DNA of 64,000 bases, from assembly GCA_048571215.1 (NCBI GenBank), contig CP182352.1, positions 800,001 through 864,000 of the forward strand, read 5' to 3'. Every line of letters begins with the position of its first letter. The stretch's first letter is position 1. Both the position numbers and the translations under genes were made by a program. Source of the DNA: Halarcobacter sp. Lineage in GTDB: Bacteria; Campylobacterota; Campylobacteria; Campylobacterales; Arcobacteraceae. Under the pieces are notes generated by a model, which saw only the letters and a program-made list of their open reading frames with translations, had not been told where the DNA came from and did not search any database. This document shows positions 60,848 to 64,000 of the stretch, in pieces.

Positions 60848-61558
60848 ATGGATGAGAAGATTATAATATTAACAGGAGCTGGGATTTCAAAGCCAAGTGG
60901 AATATCAACTTTTAGAGATAGTGATGGACTTTGGGAAAAACATAATATAGAAGATATCTGTAGTGCAGGGTGCTTAGATATTAATTATGAAGAAACCATA
61001 AGGTTTTATGACCAAAGAAGAATCGATATTAGCGATAAGTTAGCTAATAAAGCTCATAAAACTATAGCAAAATTAAAAAACAAATATCCAAATAAAATAG
61101 AAGTTATAACACAAAATGTTGATGATTTATTTGAAAAAGCAAATTGCAAAGATGTTTTACACCTACATGGTTACTTACCACATATAAAATGTATGAGTTG
61201 TGGAACAATTGAAAATATAGGCTATCAAAGACAAGAAAATACTTATATCAAGTGTAAAAAATGTGCTGGAAAACTAAGACCCGATATAGTTTTTTTTGGT
61301 GAAATGGCACCCAATTATGAAAAGATGTACGAAAGTTTAGAAAACTGTTCTTTGCTTGTGGTTATTGGAACTAGTGGATATGTTATAGATGTTAGTTTCC
61401 TAAGCCAATATACAGATTTTACGATTTTGAATAATTTTGAACCAAGTGAAGCTATAATAGAAGAGTGTTTTAATAAAATCTATTATGAGTGTGCAACAAC
61501 AGCGATTGATAAAATAGAAGAAGATATTGAAAATTTTATAAAGAAAAATTATATATGA
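60848..61558 (+). CDS. cobB: Sir2-family NAD-dependent deacylase (CobB-like)
   Basis: TGAGIS, TQNVDDL, HLHG, RPDIVFFGE, GTSG. Confidence 0.85.
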   Translation: MDEKIIILTGAGISKPSGISTFRDSDGLWEKHNIEDICSAGCLDINYEETIRFYDQRRIDISDKLANKAHKTIAKLKNKYPNKIEVITQNVDDLFEKANCKDVLHLHGYLPHIKCMSCGTIENIGYQRQENTYIKCKKCAGKLRPDIVFFGEMAPNYEKMYESLENCSLLVVIGTSGYVIDVSFLSQYTDFTILNNFEPSEAIIEECFNKIYYECATTAIDKIEEDIENFIKKNYI

Positions 61559-62334
61559 ATAAAAATGATTTAAAAATAAAAGAGCTTTTAGATAAAGAGG
61601 TTATATGTAGAGATTCTATTTGTGAACTCTCTTACGAAAAACCAGATCCACTTTTAGTAGCAAGTAGATATAAAGATGAATACGCAATACTTTTATGTGC
61701 CTTGTTCGCATATGGAAAAGCTAGTTTGATTGTAAAGTTTTTAGATAGTTTTGATTTTTCACTTTTAGATGAGAGGGAAGAAAAAATAGAAAAAGAGTTA
61801 GATAGATTTTATTATAGATTTCAAAATAATCAAGATATAAAAAATATTTTCATAGCATTTAGAAGATTGAAACAAGAAGATAGTTTAAACTCATTTTTTT
61901 ATGAAACTTATAAAAAAGATAATTGTGTTTTAGATGGTATTGATAATGTAATAAAAAAGATAAACTCAAAAATCCAGTACACCTCTCAAGGTTTCACTTT
62001 TTTAGTTTCAAGCCCCCTAAAAAGAGATAAAAATGGTTTTATCAAAGAGATAGGAAATGCTCCATATAAAAGATGGAATATGTTTTTAAGATGGATGGTA
62101 AGAGATGACTCTCTTGATATGGGATTATGGAAAAATATAGATAAAAAAAATTTAATTCTACCACTTGATACCCACACTTTTAAAGTCTCTCAAAAGTTAG
62201 GCTTACTTGATAGGAAAACATATGATTTAAAATCTGCAATATTAGTAACAAATAAGTTAAAAGAGTTTGATATAAATGATCCTATAAAGTACGATTTTGC
62301 TTTATATAGGATTGGACAAGAAAAACTTTACTAA
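61555..62334 (+). CDS. TIGR02757/DUF2400-family protein
   Basis: KRWNMFLRWMVR, PLDTH, DPIKYDFAL. Confidence 0.88.
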   Translation: MNKNDLKIKELLDKEVICRDSICELSYEKPDPLLVASRYKDEYAILLCALFAYGKASLIVKFLDSFDFSLLDEREEKIEKELDRFYYRFQNNQDIKNIFIAFRRLKQEDSLNSFFYETYKKDNCVLDGIDNVIKKINSKIQYTSQGFTFLVSSPLKRDKNGFIKEIGNAPYKRWNMFLRWMVRDDSLDMGLWKNIDKKNLILPLDTHTFKVSQKLGLLDRKTYDLKSAILVTNKLKEFDINDPIKYDFALYRIGQEKLY

Positions 62335-62397
62335 TACTATATTATGGTAATTTAAAATATAGCCAAAATAAATTAACACACTTTTAACACGCTTAAA

Positions 62398-63252
62398 GTG
62401 AATAATTACATAAAAGAATTACTTCTATCTGGAGTTATTAATAAGCTTGATGATATTAAAACAATACTTGAAGAAGAGGGCTTAACTGTTGAAAAATTTG
62501 GAAAAGATTTAAAAAAAGATTTTAGCTATGTAACTGTTTCAAATGAAACTGGAAAAATGAGAGTTAGAGGTGAGTTTTATAATGAAGATTTTTTTAAATG
62601 TACTCAAGAAGATAGAAAAATACAAATAAAAACTAATAAAAAAAGCTTTGAAAGTGTAGATAAAAATACAAGGTTAAAAGAGGTAGAAAATAAGCTTAGA
62701 AAAGAGAATGAAAGAAGGTTTAAAGTTGTTAAAAAGCTTTTTAATACATCAAGAAAAAAAGCTTCATATGAATTTGAAAAGATAATTGAAGAAAATGAAA
62801 AAGATAAGGAGCAAGAAGATGACACTGCAAGAACAGTTAATGAAAGAGATAGAACTAGCAGAACAGAAACAATTGAGTTTTTTAGATCACTTAGAGAAAC
62901 AGCAGATAGCTTACGAAAAGAGTCTATCTCAAATTGTACAAAATTATCAGAGTCACATGAACAAGCTTCAAGAAGAATTAGAAGTATTACAAAAGAATCA
63001 GAAAGCAATTTACGGCAAATTGGAAAGCATGAACAACAAATTAGCAGATTTACCAATCTTAGAAGAGAATTTGGAAGAAAGCTTAATACTTATATCTCAA
63101 CTACAAGAGAGTATCTCTTAAATATATATAATAATTTAAAAGAGAAGTTTATTTGTGAGAGTAAACCTCAATTAGAGTCTATACCTGATACTTCACATTT
63201 AGAAGAAAGTTCAAATCAAAATAACACTAAAAGAAAATTTAGAGAAAAATAA
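62398..63252 (+). pseudogene. N-terminally truncated plasmid relaxase-like (MobA/MbeA-type C-terminal part)
   Basis: GxIxxxDDIxxxLxxxGxxVxKxGKD...YVTV...MRVRGEFY pattern then coiled coil; no catalytic HUH region. Confidence 0.5.
62819..63121 (+). CDS. Overprinted MbeD/MobD-like coiled-coil protein
   Basis: Alternative frame inside relaxase remnant; AAGGAG RBS at 62806-62811; MTLQEQLMKEIE... Confidence 0.45.
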   Translation: MTLQEQLMKEIELAEQKQLSFLDHLEKQQIAYEKSLSQIVQNYQSHMNKLQEELEVLQKNQKAIYGKLESMNNKLADLPILEENLEESLILISQLQESIS

Positions 63253-63727
63253 AAGGAATAAAAAATGAGTTTAGAAGGTAAAGAGAATAATCAAGAAGAC
63301 TTTATTAGTGATTTAGAGCACAAAAATAGGTTGATACGAATAATAGTATTTGTTGTGATCAGAAAGAAAGATTGAGGTTAAAAAAAGAAGAAAATAAAGA
63401 ATAAATCATATTTTGAAGAAATAGATGATAATCCAAATTTGGAGCCTATTCCTGACATATCTCATTTAAAAAAGAAGTAGGTATATAAAATTGTCCTCAT
63501 AATATATTAATGAGTACTAAACATTGATAGTTTTATTAATATATTAGATAGACAATATAATATATTGATAGGATAATTTAATGTTTTAAGTAGATTAATT
63601 GAAGAATATAATATATTAGAGGGATAACCTTATTCTGATTAACTTGTATAGATCTACATTAATTCTTTTTAATAGCTTTTAGTATTATTATAATATAATA
63701 AATAATACTATTTTGTAAGGTGCCATA

Positions 63728-64000
63728 GTGAAAAAAATTTTTACTTTTTTATCAAAAGATTTTCTTATAACTTTTTCAATTCTATTCTTTTTTTTATTGG
63801 CTATAAGTATATTATGGAAAGAAAATACAATTATTAGTATTTTTATTTTAATTATCATTTTGAGTTTATTAGTTTTGTCTGCAGTAGGACCTAATTCTTT
63901 ATTAAACTTTATTTTTGAACAGTCAAAAGATGGAACTAAATTTAGTTTTAACAGGCATATTCTTACAAAAGAGGAAAATAAATTTGCAAATGATGTAGAG
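63728..64000 (+). CDS. Hypothetical membrane protein, runs off window end
   Basis: GTG start, 91 open codons, two N-terminal TM segments. Confidence 0.55.
   Translation, partial: MKKIFTFLSKDFLITFSILFFFLLAISILWKENTIISIFILIIILSLLVLSAVGPNSLLNFIFEQSKDGTKFSFNRHILTKEENKFANDVE

Noticed and set aside
60848..61558. Sir2 anti-phage effector
   Set aside because: Short classical CobB-type sirtuin with Zn-binding cysteines and housekeeping neighbours.
1658..63056. Numerous 60-150 aa antisense or nested ORFs in the track (e.g. 1658..1888, 18185..18544, 44262..44663, 62604..63056)
   Set aside because: They are shadows of well-supported genes, with no motifs or RBS support.

Overview
AT-rich chromosomal window. 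Gene content and order (oorDABC, murJ-msbA-pyrD-M16-dapA, radA...ftsY-tlpA-5-FTHF ligase-rny, desulforubrerythrin/PerR, tsdA) point to Campylobacterota, probably Arcobacteraceae. Most of it is housekeeping. The main accessory feature is a ~6.3 kb array (about 5900-12200, minus strand) of orphan polymorphic-toxin C-terminal tip/immunity cassettes. Four tips share a conserved pre-toxin block (…GGKFANGAVTGAFVHLFN). Nearly all module junctions carry a member of a family of ~13 same-orientation GGGG(A/T)CA(G/A)-core sites, some palindromic. Genes are cut off at these sites, which suggests site-specific cassette shuffling. Neither a recombinase nor the parent toxin gene is in the window. Other notable items: two IS256 copies with 8-bp TSDs (one rewrites the flavodoxin C-terminus), an RPE/ERIC-like palindromic element overlapping the rny stop, a phage-type LRR-like repeat protein, a tsdA/three-component regulatory module, a frameshifted chemoreceptor, and a relaxase remnant with an overprinted MbeD-like ORF. 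No rRNA, tRNA or CRISPR array was recognised. All calls are from reading the sequence; no searches were run.
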